IMG/VR virus record: IMGVR_UViG_3300042455_001086
Span: 124,001 to 188,000 of that record
DNA length: 64,000 nucleotides
Direction: 5' to 3' (one strand)
Shown piece after piece: positions 36,444-47,159 of the stretch. The notes beneath the pieces were generated by a model. It was not told the DNA's origin. It was given only the letters and a program-made list of their open reading frames with translations, and made no database searches. The translations under genes were made by a program, and so were the position numbers. Every line of letters starts with the position of its first letter. Within the stretch, counting starts at the first letter, position 1.

Positions 36444-37277
36444 CTAATAAATATTTTTAAAAATATGTGCAATCACATCTACGGTCCATCCATTACCGAG
36501 TAAATTGAATCTTTGTGTGTTTGAAACAACGGATGTGTAATTATCTTGGACAGTTTGTAATCTCTCACATTCAAGTGGTGTAAATAACCTATCTTCTCCT
36601 GTTATAGCTTTAATTTCTATATAACATTTTGGTGTTATATTTTTACCCCATCCGTGTGCTAACTCACGAGTAAGTGTTGGTGCTTTACCAGTTGCTTTAT
36701 AGTTTTTAGCATAATTTAGTTGAGCTTGGATGGTTTTTGGTGGTAAAGTTTTATGTTTTGTTGAATAATCCAAAATATCTTTAACTAATATTCCTTTATC
36801 ATCCGGTTGTTTTAAATTAGGAATATTTGTCCAATATAATCGTTCTCTATTTTGTGCTGAAACTAAATTACTATTAATCCTGATCGGTTCAACACCCATA
36901 TGTTCTGTAATTACATTTTCGGATTCCTTTTTCATCTTAACATTCTCTAACAAGAAATATTTTGGTTGTAATTCATCTCTTAATCGAACAAACTCAAAAA
37001 ATAATTTACTTCTTGAATCCTCAAAATTCAATCCTTTACCGGCAAAGGAAAAACCTCGACACGGTGATCCACCAAACATTAAATCTATTTTTGGTAAATC
37101 AGATCCTTTTACATTTAATACATCTCCAACCTGGATTGTTTCCGGATAATTATGTTGTGTTACCTTAATCGCATATTCATCAATTTCGGAAGCATAATAT
37201 TTATCATATTTAATACCAGCTCGGTTCAAAGCAATTTGGCCACAACTCATCCCATCGAAAAGACTCAGTATATTCAT
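36444..37277 (-). CDS. DNA (cytosine-5) methyltransferase
   Basis: LSLFDG, GGSPC, LENV, QNRER, ECERLQ, LGNGW. Confidence 0.92.
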   Translation of the reverse strand: MNILSLFDGMSCGQIALNRAGIKYDKYYASEIDEYAIKVTQHNYPETIQVGDVLNVKGSDLPKIDLMFGGSPCRGFSFAGKGLNFEDSRSKLFFEFVRLRDELQPKYFLLENVKMKKESENVITEHMGVEPIRINSNLVSAQNRERLYWTNIPNLKQPDDKGILVKDILDYSTKHKTLPPKTIQAQLNYAKNYKATGKAPTLTRELAHGWGKNITPKCYIEIKAITGEDRLFTPLECERLQTVQDNYTSVVSNTQRFNLLGNGWTVDVIAHIFKNIY

Positions 37278-38188
37278 AATTCAATATTTTTTAATAAGAT
37301 ATTTTCAATATCATCAAACTTATAATATGGAATTCTAATTAATGTTATATTATTATCCATACAATATTTAGTTTTAATTTTATCTCTTTTTTTTGTTTTT
37401 TCCAATAATTCATCACCACCAAAATTTTTAACACTTTTAAAATGTAGTTCACCATCAAATTCAACACATATATTTTGTTCTGGTAAATAAAAATCAAAAG
37501 GGAGTGGTTTAATGTTTTTACAATCATCAAAAATACATTCTCTAATATATTTAATTTTTTGTTTATCTAATATTTCCACAATTTTTTCCTCACCTTTTGA
37601 ATTTTGACACTCTGGACATCCAGACTTTTTACTTAAATGGTGATTTGGTGAAACATTAAATATTCCGTGATTTTTACACACAATACTAACTTTTGTTCTA
37701 TTATTTTTATATTCTACCAAACTATAATCATATCTATTATTGTGTATCTGATTTGCCTCGTCAATAAATTCACTTGTTGTTTTTTTATAAACATTACCAC
37801 ATTTTTGACAACCAGCACCGGCCAAATGATGATGTGGTGTCTGTTTGAATAAGCCGTGTGTTGGGCAAATTATATCAATTTTTATTTCGTTTCGAACATA
37901 GACACTATTTGAATAGTCGTATTTATTATTGTGTTTTTTATTAAATCTATCAATTATATTTTTACCAATATTTTTAGATTTTGATATACTAGCGTTATTA
38001 CATTTATTACAACCAACTTTTTTACTTAAATGGTCGTTTGGTCTTATACTAAATAAACCGTGTATTGGACAAATTAAATTAACTTTAACACCATTACTAA
38101 TATAATTTACTTGTGAATATTCATATTTATCACCGTGAATTTCAATTGATTCCGAAATAAATTCTTCATTTGTTTTTCTTTTACTCAT
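37274..38188 (-). CDS. putative homing-type endonuclease (DUF723-like repeats plus Vsr/PD-(D/E)xK domain)
   Basis: three KYDYS..Y...CxxHG.F...HL...GCxxC repeats; LPFDFYLP..VEFDGELH. Confidence 0.8.
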   Translation of the reverse strand: MSKRKTNEEFISESIEIHGDKYEYSQVNYISNGVKVNLICPIHGLFSIRPNDHLSKKVGCNKCNNASISKSKNIGKNIIDRFNKKHNNKYDYSNSVYVRNEIKIDIICPTHGLFKQTPHHHLAGAGCQKCGNVYKKTTSEFIDEANQIHNNRYDYSLVEYKNNRTKVSIVCKNHGIFNVSPNHHLSKKSGCPECQNSKGEEKIVEILDKQKIKYIRECIFDDCKNIKPLPFDFYLPEQNICVEFDGELHFKSVKNFGGDELLEKTKKRDKIKTKYCMDNNITLIRIPYYKFDDIENILLKNIEL

Positions 38189-38231
38189 ACTGATAAATAT
38201 GAGTAAAGAACAAAAAAGACAAATTAAATTT

Positions 38232-39032
38232 TTATATATAATCAAATAATTCAGAACAACTATTTCTCAACTTCCTAAGCGATTTTTCCTTGATCTGACG
38301 AACGCGCTCTTTTGTCAAACCAAAATCAGAACCAATATCTTCCAAGGTTCTTGGTGTTCCAGTTAGACCAAAGTAATCACCAACGATTGTTTTTTCGCGT
38401 TCATCCAAGATGTTGAGTAATGAAAGTAATTTATCTTTTAAAATGTCTTTTGTGTCAAAACCAGCATCTGGAGCTAAAGCATCGTGATTTTCAATTAAAT
38501 CAATAAGTGTATCACCTTCCTCATTGATGTTCATATCAAGATTGATAATTGACGGAAGTCCCGCAAACTTGTCATCAAGTTTCTTTCCTGATTGATCTAC
38601 CTCTTTTTTAGCTTTTTGAAGGTCTTGAACAACATTAACCGGTAGACGGATTGTTCTTGCGTTATCATTTAAAGATTGAATAATAGATTGTTTAACCCAC
38701 CATACAGCATATGATATAAATCGTAGATCTTTACTCCAATCAAAGTTTTTAATTGCTTTCATTAATCCAAGATTTCCTTCAGCAATAAGGTCCGATAAAT
38801 CAAGACCTTGATTTTGGTATTGTTTTGCAACCGTAATTACAAAACGAAGATTTCCTCGTAATAGTTCTTCTTCAATTTTTCTTTTTTCACGATCAGAGAT
38901 TTCATCTGACTTCATTTTTATGGCCAGTTCTTTTTCACGATCAGGTGTCATAACCTTAATCTTTCTAATGTCTTTTAGGTAGTGATAAATCTCTTCCTGG
39001 TTAATTGGAACTCCGGTGTTTTTTTCCTTCAT
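38232..39032 (-). CDS. RNA polymerase sigma-70 factor (RpoD-like, no region 1.1)
   Basis: NLRFVITVAKQY..DLIAEGNLGL..YAVWW..RTIRLP; region 4 TLEDIG..LTKERVRQIKEK. Confidence 0.93.
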   Translation of the reverse strand: MKEKNTGVPINQEEIYHYLKDIRKIKVMTPDREKELAIKMKSDEISDREKRKIEEELLRGNLRFVITVAKQYQNQGLDLSDLIAEGNLGLMKAIKNFDWSKDLRFISYAVWWVKQSIIQSLNDNARTIRLPVNVVQDLQKAKKEVDQSGKKLDDKFAGLPSIINLDMNINEEGDTLIDLIENHDALAPDAGFDTKDILKDKLLSLLNILDEREKTIVGDYFGLTGTPRTLEDIGSDFGLTKERVRQIKEKSLRKLRNSCSELFDYI

Positions 39033-39039
39033 ATTATAA

Positions 39040-39573
39040 TTATATTTGTTTTGAATATTCGTCTAATTTATCTTTCTCAGCTCTTGTTAATGAGTCAATT
39101 CCTTGTTCTGTAATTTTATCCAAAATTTCGTCAAGAGTCAAGTCGCATACTTGATTTTTTAAAAATTCTTCAACACGGATTCTATTCTCTTCCATAAATT
39201 TCGAAATATCGAAACCTAGATGATCGTTTGACAATACTTCTTTGATTGGATTTGACTTTGGTTTTCTACCTCTTTTATTGACCTTCAATAAGTGTTCCAA
39301 ATGATTGCTATCCATATTTGAATTTACACTTTTAACACCTTGGGCTAATACGAACATAAACTCTGGTGATTCATCCTTAATAAGTTCAACATAGTCGCTC
39401 ATTTCTGAAGGTGATAGTATCGAATCAAAGTGAAAAATACTATGGTTTTCACCATAAACATATTTTATATCGTCTGATTTTGAAACTGTAGCTAATTCAC
39501 TTGCTATTTTTTCATTTGACTCTGTTGGGTCCCAGCTATCATCACAGGGATAAACAAACAATAAATATTTCAT
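39040..39573 (-). CDS. hypothetical protein
   Basis: C-terminal LDEILDKI..GIDSLT..EK motif. Confidence 0.75.
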   Translation of the reverse strand: MKYLLFVYPCDDSWDPTESNEKIASELATVSKSDDIKYVYGENHSIFHFDSILSPSEMSDYVELIKDESPEFMFVLAQGVKSVNSNMDSNHLEHLLKVNKRGRKPKSNPIKEVLSNDHLGFDISKFMEENRIRVEEFLKNQVCDLTLDEILDKITEQGIDSLTRAEKDKLDEYSKQI

Positions 39574-39633
39574 AGTTTTTTATTTTGGTTCAACAAAGAT
39601 AGTAAAAATTCTGAATTGGTTGGTTATAAACCC

Positions 39634-40350
39634 TTAAATTTTTTCTTCTAAAAGACTTTTTGATAAACCCATATACTTTTCGTCAATTTCAATACCAATA
39701 AAATTTCTATTTAATCTACTAGCAACAATTCCTGATGTGCCAGAACCTAAAAAAGGGTCTAAAACAACATCGTTTTCATCTGTTGATAATAAGATACAAT
39801 TTTCAACTAATTTTTGTGGAAAAGGTGCTGGATGTTGTGTGTTTTTATCTGGATTTATAATCCAAACTTCAGAATGAAATTGTTTATCCACATTATTTTT
39901 AAAAACTTTTGGTTTTGATTTTGTCAACCAGTAAATGTGTTCAGTACATGGTAATAAAACATCTTTTCTTATGTTTGGACTAGACAATCTATTCCAAATT
40001 ATTAATTGGTATAAATCTAATTTTGATTTAGAGATAAAATCGGTTGGTAAATAAACCTTGTTATTGTGTCTTCTTGGTTTATGATTAAAGAATATGGATC
40101 CATCTTTTTTTAAAACTCTATACATTTCGTCAAGGATCTGAACCATCCAATTTTTATAATCATCTTCTTTCAAGTCGTCACCATACGAATTATAATCTAT
40201 ATTAAATTTTTTCCAAACTTGATTACCTGGTTTTACTTTACCAATCAATCCTTTTTTATTATAAGGTGGTGATGTGACAATACAAGAAATTGACTCATCA
40301 TCAATTTTTTTTAATTCATCCAAGGAGTCACCTAAAATAAGTTTTAACAT
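39634..40350 (-). CDS. DNA amino-methyltransferase (beta class, N4-C/N6-A)
   Basis: TSPPY before DPFLGSGT; HPAPFP. Confidence 0.92.
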   Translation of the reverse strand: MLKLILGDSLDELKKIDDESISCIVTSPPYNKKGLIGKVKPGNQVWKKFNIDYNSYGDDLKEDDYKNWMVQILDEMYRVLKKDGSIFFNHKPRRHNNKVYLPTDFISKSKLDLYQLIIWNRLSSPNIRKDVLLPCTEHIYWLTKSKPKVFKNNVDKQFHSEVWIINPDKNTQHPAPFPQKLVENCILLSTDENDVVLDPFLGSGTSGIVASRLNRNFIGIEIDEKYMGLSKSLLEEKI

Positions 40351-40368
40351 AATGTAATTATAAATATT

Positions 40369-40998
40369 TTAATTTAAAAATAAATTTTTATGAATATGGA
40401 ACAAAACATTAAATCTATTATTTTTATTTTTTTTACCTTCTCTTTGTAAATGAAAAATTGTTTTATTTTTTTCATTTTTTAAATGGACACCACCTTTTAA
40501 CATTACCCAAGTTGTATTTTCACAAATTTTTTGTATCTCTTGGTAACTCTTAGTATATATTTTACCATTTTGTAAATCTCTTATTGTTACATTAGTTATA
40601 TTTTCACCATTACAAATTATCAATTCAATAATTTTTTCTTTATTTTGTTCTAAAAATGATAAAAATTCATTTTTTATTTCATCATCGATTTCATTTGTAT
40701 GGAAACGATCTTTACCATTATTGTTAATAGTCGTATCGCCACAAAAAAGTTCAATAAATTTTTTACTTAATCCGTTTAAATTAAATTTTTTTATAAATTT
40801 TTTTTGAGTTGTTAAATGAACTTGTGTGCTTTTACCAGAAAAATTTTTAATACTTTCATTCTGATTACCATTAGTCCCATCAATTTTAGTTTTACTACCA
40901 CCAACTTGTATTAAATTTCTAACTTCACAAATTTCTTTTTCTTTTTTGGTTGAGTATTCTTTTTGAACTTCCCTACCTTTTTCAGAGTTTATCCCCAT
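40369..40998 (-). CDS. putative type II restriction endonuclease
   Basis: KTKID...ESIK PD-(D/E)xK-like, QVH, HLQREG; adjacent to MTase. Confidence 0.55.
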   Translation of the reverse strand: MGINSEKGREVQKEYSTKKEKEICEVRNLIQVGGSKTKIDGTNGNQNESIKNFSGKSTQVHLTTQKKFIKKFNLNGLSKKFIELFCGDTTINNNGKDRFHTNEIDDEIKNEFLSFLEQNKEKIIELIICNGENITNVTIRDLQNGKIYTKSYQEIQKICENTTWVMLKGGVHLKNEKNKTIFHLQREGKKNKNNRFNVLFHIHKNLFLN

Positions 40999-41030
40999 AA
41001 TATTTTTTTACTAAACTTACAAACAATTTT

Positions 41031-43409
41031 CTAGTCCACCAAGAGTTTTGAAATATTATTTTGTTTTGTAATTTTAACTACACTATCTGCCCACTGACTT
41101 ACCATTGGATTGTGTGTAATTACAAACACTTTATCAAAATAATCCTTAATCTTAACAAAAAATTCAGAAACCATTTCTAAGTTGTCATTACTTATTTTAC
41201 CAAATACCTCGTCGAATACTACAAGGTTGGGTTTTGGTAGAGAACATACCTTACTCAAGACAGATCTTAAAGCAAGTGAAGCAATTGTTTTTTCATAACC
41301 AGAACCACTAACCATTAACTTTTCAACACCGGTATTATTATCTACCTGGATGAACTCAACCTCTGACTTATCGTTAATTCTAATCTCTAATTTGAAATAT
41401 GAAGAATCTTCCATCAATCTTTGTAATTCAGAGTTAATAAGTGGCATCATAGTTCTCATAATAATTTTACTAACACCATTTTTACCATAACTTTCCAGAT
41501 ACATTTTATAAATCTTATCCTTACTTTCCTCTTCTTTAATTTTTACAATTAAATTTTTGTTGTTTGTAATCTTTTCCTGGTTAGATTTGATACTATACTC
41601 ATTTGAGTTGATTGTATTGTTCTTTTCTCTTAATAGTTTATCATAACTATCCAATTTCAAATCAGCTTTGATTAACATTGCATCAATCTGATCGTTTGTT
41701 TTAATTTTATCCTGGACTTCATCCCACCTTTTTAATTTATCTTCCAAACCAGATATTTTAAGATCACAGCTTTCAACACTCAAATCATATTTTTCTTTGA
41801 TAAGTTTGTTTTTTTCATATTCATCAAACTGTCTTTTTGTCTCAACAAATTCTTTTTCTTTGTTGGATAATTCCGTCATTAACTTCTCAATAACCTTTTT
41901 TTGTTGTGTAAATCCATCAAGTTCCGAAATTTTTTGTTGTGTTATTGCCGCGTTCATTAACTCAATACCACAATGTTCGCACTTAATGCCACCCTTCACT
42001 GATGATTGTAATTTTTCGATTTCAGAAATTTTGGTTTCAAGTTCAATTTTTGATTGGAATTTATTTTTATAATCCTCTTTTACTTTATCGTGTTCATCTT
42101 CTTTATAATATTGTTCTGGTTCAACAACTTTTAAATTAGATAATAATTCAACATATCCTTCTTTTTCTTTCTTTAAAGTCTCAATTTGAGATTTTGTTGT
42201 TTCCGGATTAAGTAATGCAATTTCTTTATCAATGTCTGTGTGTTTCTTTTTTAACATTGAATCTCTATAATCCTTTCCTTTTGCAATACCTTCTTCAATT
42301 TCTTTTACTTCTTTTTGTAATACATCAATCTGGCTATTTAGTTCAGTAATTTTTTCCTCGAAAGTTTCAATATCTTGTTTTAGTTGTTCTGAACTATAAA
42401 GGTTTGATATTTTTGATTTACTAAATGAAGAATAAATTTCTTTTGCCGCTTCTTCTTTTCTCTTTAAAAATTCAAGACCCATAAACCTTGATAGGACTTG
42501 CCCTCTGGCGGTTGGTTTTGATTCCAATAGTTCTTCCAGGTTTGTTGCTGTTGTAAGAATTGTCATTAAGAAATCTTCCTTGGTTCCGATTGAGTTTTTA
42601 ATGAAAGCTTCAGTTTCTCGTCTTTGCTCACCGGTGAAATTCTGTAATGATCCATCGTGTAGTTTTTTAAAGAAATCAAGCTCGGTCTTAACATTCCATT
42701 CACCTTTCTTTGATTTTTTTCTTTCAATGGTTCTTACAATAATATAATCTTCCCCATCAATTGTAATCTCACCTTTTACAACTACCGAGTTTTTATCGGT
42801 AAATCGATTAAATACTTCTTCAGCCTTTGATGTTTTTGTTGTTTCGTTAAAGAATAGGAACATTAATAAATCCACCGATAATACGGTTTTACCTCCAAAA
42901 TTTGGAGGATCTGATTCAACAACAACTATTCCATTTAACTTATCAAAATCAAGTCGTTGGTTTTCACCATATGATAAAAAGTTGGAGAACTCAATGTTTC
43001 TAATATACCACTTTTTAAATTGTGTTGTATCAACATCATCTTCTTTCATTTTGTTTTCAACCGTTTGGTTTAAATCCAAAACTTCTTTAAGGTGTTCTCC
43101 ATATCCCTTGGATTCCAAGAATTTTTTTAACAAATCAAGTTGGTAATTTGTATCTGTAATATTCATTGACACATCAACCGTTTGCATAGTTTCAGTATCA
43201 ACATTTTTTACTTTTGTAACAACATTAACATTTGTGGTGTTATACTTCTTTTGGAAGTAATGTTTAACACTTTTCATTTTGTCTTGTGTGAAATTTTCTT
43301 GTAGGTCTTCCCACACCACTTGAATAGATGGGTTTTCAAGCTTTGAAAAATCCAAATCTTTTATCATAATATTGTAATTGAATAATTTTGGTGGATTAAA
43401 TAAATCCAT
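41031..43409 (-). CDS. SbcC/Rad50-like ATPase (T4 gp46-like)
   Basis: NFLSYG, NFGGKT, CEHC zinc hook, SGYEK signature, VFDE, ITH. Confidence 0.9.
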   Translation of the reverse strand: MDLFNPPKLFNYNIMIKDLDFSKLENPSIQVVWEDLQENFTQDKMKSVKHYFQKKYNTTNVNVVTKVKNVDTETMQTVDVSMNITDTNYQLDLLKKFLESKGYGEHLKEVLDLNQTVENKMKEDDVDTTQFKKWYIRNIEFSNFLSYGENQRLDFDKLNGIVVVESDPPNFGGKTVLSVDLLMFLFFNETTKTSKAEEVFNRFTDKNSVVVKGEITIDGEDYIIVRTIERKKSKKGEWNVKTELDFFKKLHDGSLQNFTGEQRRETEAFIKNSIGTKEDFLMTILTTATNLEELLESKPTARGQVLSRFMGLEFLKRKEEAAKEIYSSFSKSKISNLYSSEQLKQDIETFEEKITELNSQIDVLQKEVKEIEEGIAKGKDYRDSMLKKKHTDIDKEIALLNPETTKSQIETLKKEKEGYVELLSNLKVVEPEQYYKEDEHDKVKEDYKNKFQSKIELETKISEIEKLQSSVKGGIKCEHCGIELMNAAITQQKISELDGFTQQKKVIEKLMTELSNKEKEFVETKRQFDEYEKNKLIKEKYDLSVESCDLKISGLEDKLKRWDEVQDKIKTNDQIDAMLIKADLKLDSYDKLLREKNNTINSNEYSIKSNQEKITNNKNLIVKIKEEESKDKIYKMYLESYGKNGVSKIIMRTMMPLINSELQRLMEDSSYFKLEIRINDKSEVEFIQVDNNTGVEKLMVSGSGYEKTIASLALRSVLSKVCSLPKPNLVVFDEVFGKISNDNLEMVSEFFVKIKDYFDKVFVITHNPMVSQWADSVVKITKQNNISKLLVD

Positions 43410-43415
43410 ATTTTA

Positions 43416-43748
43416 TTACTGCTCGTTGTTTTCAGTTGTTTCTACAACATCAACAACTGTTTCTTCTGGTTTAAATTCTGTTGTTTGTAAAATTTCAGGA
43501 TTTTCCTCTTTGAACGAGACATTACCTTCAAATTCAAAACCTTTAATGCCGGTGTTAGTTGGTTGACCCACAACTTCAAATGGAATATTTTCATTACCAA
43601 CTTTTACTGCTAAATTATCGGCTTCTTTTTGTTCCGCCATTTGTTTCATCATTTTATTCAATGCGTTTTGCATCGAATATTTCTCTTGTGCAATTCTTCT
43701 GTTTCTTTTTGCAACCTTTGCCCTGCGTTCTTTTTCTTTCTTACCCAT
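43416..43748 (-). CDS. hypothetical protein
   Basis: basic N-terminus, acidic C-terminus. Confidence 0.7.
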   Translation of the reverse strand: MGKKEKERRAKVAKRNRRIAQEKYSMQNALNKMMKQMAEQKEADNLAVKVGNENIPFEVVGQPTNTGIKGFEFEGNVSFKEENPEILQTTEFKPEETVVDVVETTENNEQ

Positions 43749-43760
43749 TTTTATTTATTT

Positions 43761-44159
43761 TTAATCGTTTAATATTTGTTCTTCCTCAATTTCCGATTCT
43801 TGATGATATTCAATCTTTTGTGGTCTATTTTCTTCAAACCATTCAATTATCGCATTGATTGCCCATACAGAACCCGCCGAAAACATTCCATCAAAGAATA
43901 CGGAAACATATTCATTAAGTCCAATAAAATTATGAATTGGTGAGAAGAAAGTTAATGATAGGAAAAATCCAACCCATGTTGAAGTACATAACACACAAGA
44001 AATGAGCCCCGATAGGAATTTACCGAGACCATTAAAGGCCATATAGTCACTATTACCCCAATTGTGTATGGATTGTCTTAATCCGTTAAAAATTGATCCG
44101 TAGACCAAAATGTTTGTCATTCCGTAGGCAACCAACATAAAAATTACTAATTGTATCAT
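43761..44159 (-). CDS. membrane protein with CxxC (DUF1360-like)
   Basis: LISCVLCTSTWVG between TMs. Confidence 0.7.
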   Translation of the reverse strand: MIQLVIFMLVAYGMTNILVYGSIFNGLRQSIHNWGNSDYMAFNGLGKFLSGLISCVLCTSTWVGFFLSLTFFSPIHNFIGLNEYVSVFFDGMFSAGSVWAINAIIEWFEENRPQKIEYHQESEIEEEQILND

Positions 44160-44165
44160 ACTATT

Positions 44166-44939
44166 TTATTTTAAATTTGAACCTCTCAAGAATACGGCGC
44201 TTAATCTATTTTCTTTTGTATTTTGTAGGTCCTGGTTTATTTTTGTTAATTCTTTTATTTTTTCGTTTTTTTCAAGCAACTCTTTTCTTAACTTCTGGAG
44301 TGTTTCTTGAAGCATTTTTTCATTTGTGTTGTCTAACTTAATGTCTAAACTTCGTCTAACTTCGTCTAATTCATTATCCTTTTTAGACATTTCTTTTTGG
44401 AAATTATTTTCCAGTTCTTGGGTTTTAATGGAAAAAATTTTCCTTTCTTCTTCTAATTGTTTTTCTAAATGGAAAATATTTTCTTCCAATTTGGTGATTT
44501 TTTCGCCAAGTTCATTTATTTGTTGATTGTCTGTTATGTAAATTTCTTTTTCTATAACTCTATCAACCGGAACTTCCTTAATCACTTCAATCACTTTTTC
44601 TATTTCTTTGATTGTTTCAACTGGAACTTCTTTTATTATTTCTTTTTCAACAACAACTTCTTTAATCACTTCAACTGGTATTTCCACTCGTTTTTCAACA
44701 ATAACTTCCTTTATTAACTGTTTTTCTTCAACAACACCCGTTTTTAAGTCTTTTTCACCTTCATTAAGTGTTTTTCCCAATAATCCATACTTTTCTATAT
44801 TGAACCCCGATTCAAAACATTTTTTAATAAATCCATCAATATCTTCAATATTATTTAATTGACAATATTCTTTAATGGATTTAATTAATTTTTCATTAAA
44901 AATTTGTGAGTAATTCAGTTCCATTCTCAATATCTTCAA
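44166..44939 (-). CDS. coiled-coil protein with EVIKEVPV repeats
   Basis: low-complexity V/E/K repeats. Confidence 0.7.
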   Translation of the reverse strand: MKILRMELNYSQIFNEKLIKSIKEYCQLNNIEDIDGFIKKCFESGFNIEKYGLLGKTLNEGEKDLKTGVVEEKQLIKEVIVEKRVEIPVEVIKEVVVEKEIIKEVPVETIKEIEKVIEVIKEVPVDRVIEKEIYITDNQQINELGEKITKLEENIFHLEKQLEEERKIFSIKTQELENNFQKEMSKKDNELDEVRRSLDIKLDNTNEKMLQETLQKLRKELLEKNEKIKELTKINQDLQNTKENRLSAVFLRGSNLK

Positions 44940-45675
44940 ATGATTTTATTGAAAATTTTAAAAAAGGTTTAGGATTAAATAAATCAACATATCTATACTC
45001 TTTAGTTTCAATGTTATAAATACCATACCCATGCTTAGTTATACTTTCACCTATATTATTTTGTATCGTTGACCCAATCATAAATCCCTTGCCAGTTTTA
45101 AATTTAAATTCGGCTCTTTTATGAATATCACCACATAAAACAATTTCAAGTCCATTAAATTTTTCAACATCATAGGCCTCATCCCCAAATTCAAAACCAA
45201 GATCTGTTTTTAAACCGGAAATGGGTCCGTGGAATAAACCAATTTTAATTCCAGTCGCTACATTCAAATCTGGTGGAATATTCCCTTGAAACTGAGAATA
45301 TACACACCAACTGACATTTTCATCTTCGTAAACACCTCTATCCTTGTAATAAACAATATTATTGTTATTTAGTGAATCGATAATCGGAGATAAAGCGTCT
45401 AACCTATCTGAATTATTGATTAAGGCATCGTGATTGCCAGGTATAATAATTGTTTTTGTAATTTTAGAACATTCTGTTAATAACCAACTCACCATTTCTA
45501 TCAATTCTGGTGTTAATTGGTTTTTGCTATGAACCAGGTCACCTGTGAAGATAATTCGACAAGGTTTTAATTCTTTCCATTGATTTAACATATCAGTTAA
45601 TATTGACCTATAAAGGTCATGATCTTTAAATAATCTTAGATGAAGATCAGAAAAATGAACTAAAGTTTTTATCAT
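44896..45675 (-). CDS. SbcD/Mre11-like nuclease (T4 gp47-like)
   Basis: SDLH, GDLVH, GNHD, FHG, GDIH. Confidence 0.88.
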   Translation of the reverse strand: MIKTLVHFSDLHLRLFKDHDLYRSILTDMLNQWKELKPCRIIFTGDLVHSKNQLTPELIEMVSWLLTECSKITKTIIIPGNHDALINNSDRLDALSPIIDSLNNNNIVYYKDRGVYEDENVSWCVYSQFQGNIPPDLNVATGIKIGLFHGPISGLKTDLGFEFGDEAYDVEKFNGLEIVLCGDIHKRAEFKFKTGKGFMIGSTIQNNIGESITKHGYGIYNIETKEYRYVDLFNPKPFLKFSIKSFEDIENGTELLTNF

Positions 45676-45819
45676 ACTAATTCTCTATTATAAAGGTTTG
45701 CTAAAATAATTCTTGCAAATCTAAAATCTCTAACTCTGTGTAATTTTAATCCATAAGTGTGTGATATAATCGCCAAATGAGGATATATCTCACTTATTGT
45801 CATTCTACCTATTTCCATT

Positions 45820-46035
45820 TTAATCTATAAAAAGTTCAAATTCTTCATTTACAAACCCACAACTATTACACATATAGGTCGGAAACGGAACAATCGTGTC
45901 TTCGTGGCTTCCGGTTAATAATTTTGGGACTTTTTTAATCATCACAACTTCTTTGAAGCATTTTGATCCGCATTCCGTACATTTTACAGTTTCCTGTTGT
46001 TTTAGATCAATTCTTGGTTTAATAATATCTTCCAT
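45820..46035 (-). CDS. Zn-ribbon protein
   Basis: CTECG...CNSCG. Confidence 0.75.
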   Translation of the reverse strand: MEDIIKPRIDLKQQETVKCTECGSKCFKEVVMIKKVPKLLTGSHEDTIVPFPTYMCNSCGFVNEEFELFID

Positions 46036-46038
46036 AAT

Positions 46039-46287
46039 TTAATAATTTACAATTTCTTCTTCCTCGTTAGAGTATTTTTGATTTATCATTTCAGTGTTAA
46101 ATTGAAACTCGTCGACTAATGTTTCTTCACTACCATCTTTAATGTTTTCTTCATACATAATTTCATTAAAGTATTCAAGAATTTCTTTATCTGTTTTACC
46201 TTCCAACTCTGGGTAATCTTCCAAATTTACTTCAATCGGCCCGTAAGACTCATAAACCGAATAAGTTTTTGTCATATACAACTTCAT
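46039..46287 (-). CDS. acidic hypothetical protein
   Basis: 82-aa ORF. Confidence 0.7.
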   Translation of the reverse strand: MKLYMTKTYSVYESYGPIEVNLEDYPELEGKTDKEILEYFNEIMYEENIKDGSEETLVDEFQFNTEMINQKYSNEEEEIVNY

Positions 46288-46292
46288 AATTT

Positions 46293-47159
46293 TTATTTTT
46301 TTAATTTATTTAACATTGGTTTTATATCCATATTAAGTATAGTATTTATTGTGGATTTATCAACTCTGTATTCAACATATTCTCTATCTTCTGTTAATCT
46401 CACAATAATACAACCCAACAATTTTATATTTTCATATTTTGTCCCCTCAAGCATTTTAAGAAGTAATTTACCATATAACGGAAGTTGTGTGTTATAGTGC
46501 CCAAGAGCATTATTTGGTAGATATTCAAATGGTGGTCGCATTGGTTTTGTATACCATTGTTTTATGAAATTTTTTTCTTTATTCGTCTTGTAATCTGTTA
46601 TTATAAAACCAAAACCATCTTTATTCTTATTTTCAATTAACCAGCTCGTATCTCCTTGTCCTGTATATTCTAATTCCGGATGTCCTAAAACAATTTCGGT
46701 GTCAAGTAAATGAGCTCCTCGTTCTTTCATTTTCTCTAAAAAAAGTTTTCCGGCGGTAATCATTGCATCACCTTTTGTTATTTGTGTTGCATCACACTCA
46801 TAGATTGGTTCTCTAATTGTTTTCTCATAATTAAACATATCCAACGAATGTTTTTCCAATAAAAAATGGACCCTACTACCCATATTTGTTGCGTATTCAC
46901 CGGACATTTTCCATTCATTTAATAACCTTTCTGTTTCATCTGGATCACCACCAGACATCTCAAATGCTTTTTTTTCTGATGGAAATTCATCATAAAACAA
47001 TTTCATTACCTTTGAAACTGATGGCCATTTATCTGTTAATTCTCCATTGAGATTTAACATTGTATATTTATGTGTATCTTCCTCAAAAGATAATTTAAAT
47101 TCTTTTCGTCTTTCTGATAAGATATATCTTATTTCTTCTACTGTTTTAATTAAATCCAT
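46293..47159 (-). CDS. PD-(D/E)xK exonuclease (RecB/Cas4-like)
   Basis: PSVS, GSRVH, E..GQGD..DYKT, QLPLY. Confidence 0.85.
   Translation of the reverse strand: MDLIKTVEEIRYILSERRKEFKLSFEEDTHKYTMLNLNGELTDKWPSVSKVMKLFYDEFPSEKKAFEMSGGDPDETERLLNEWKMSGEYATNMGSRVHFLLEKHSLDMFNYEKTIREPIYECDATQITKGDAMITAGKLFLEKMKERGAHLLDTEIVLGHPELEYTGQGDTSWLIENKNKDGFGFIITDYKTNKEKNFIKQWYTKPMRPPFEYLPNNALGHYNTQLPLYGKLLLKMLEGTKYENIKLLGCIIVRLTEDREYVEYRVDKSTINTILNMDIKPMLNKLKK

Noticed and set aside
46293-47159. Cas4 as part of a CRISPR system
   Set aside because: It lacks the Fe-S cysteines and any cas neighbours; its replication-cluster context fits an exonuclease.
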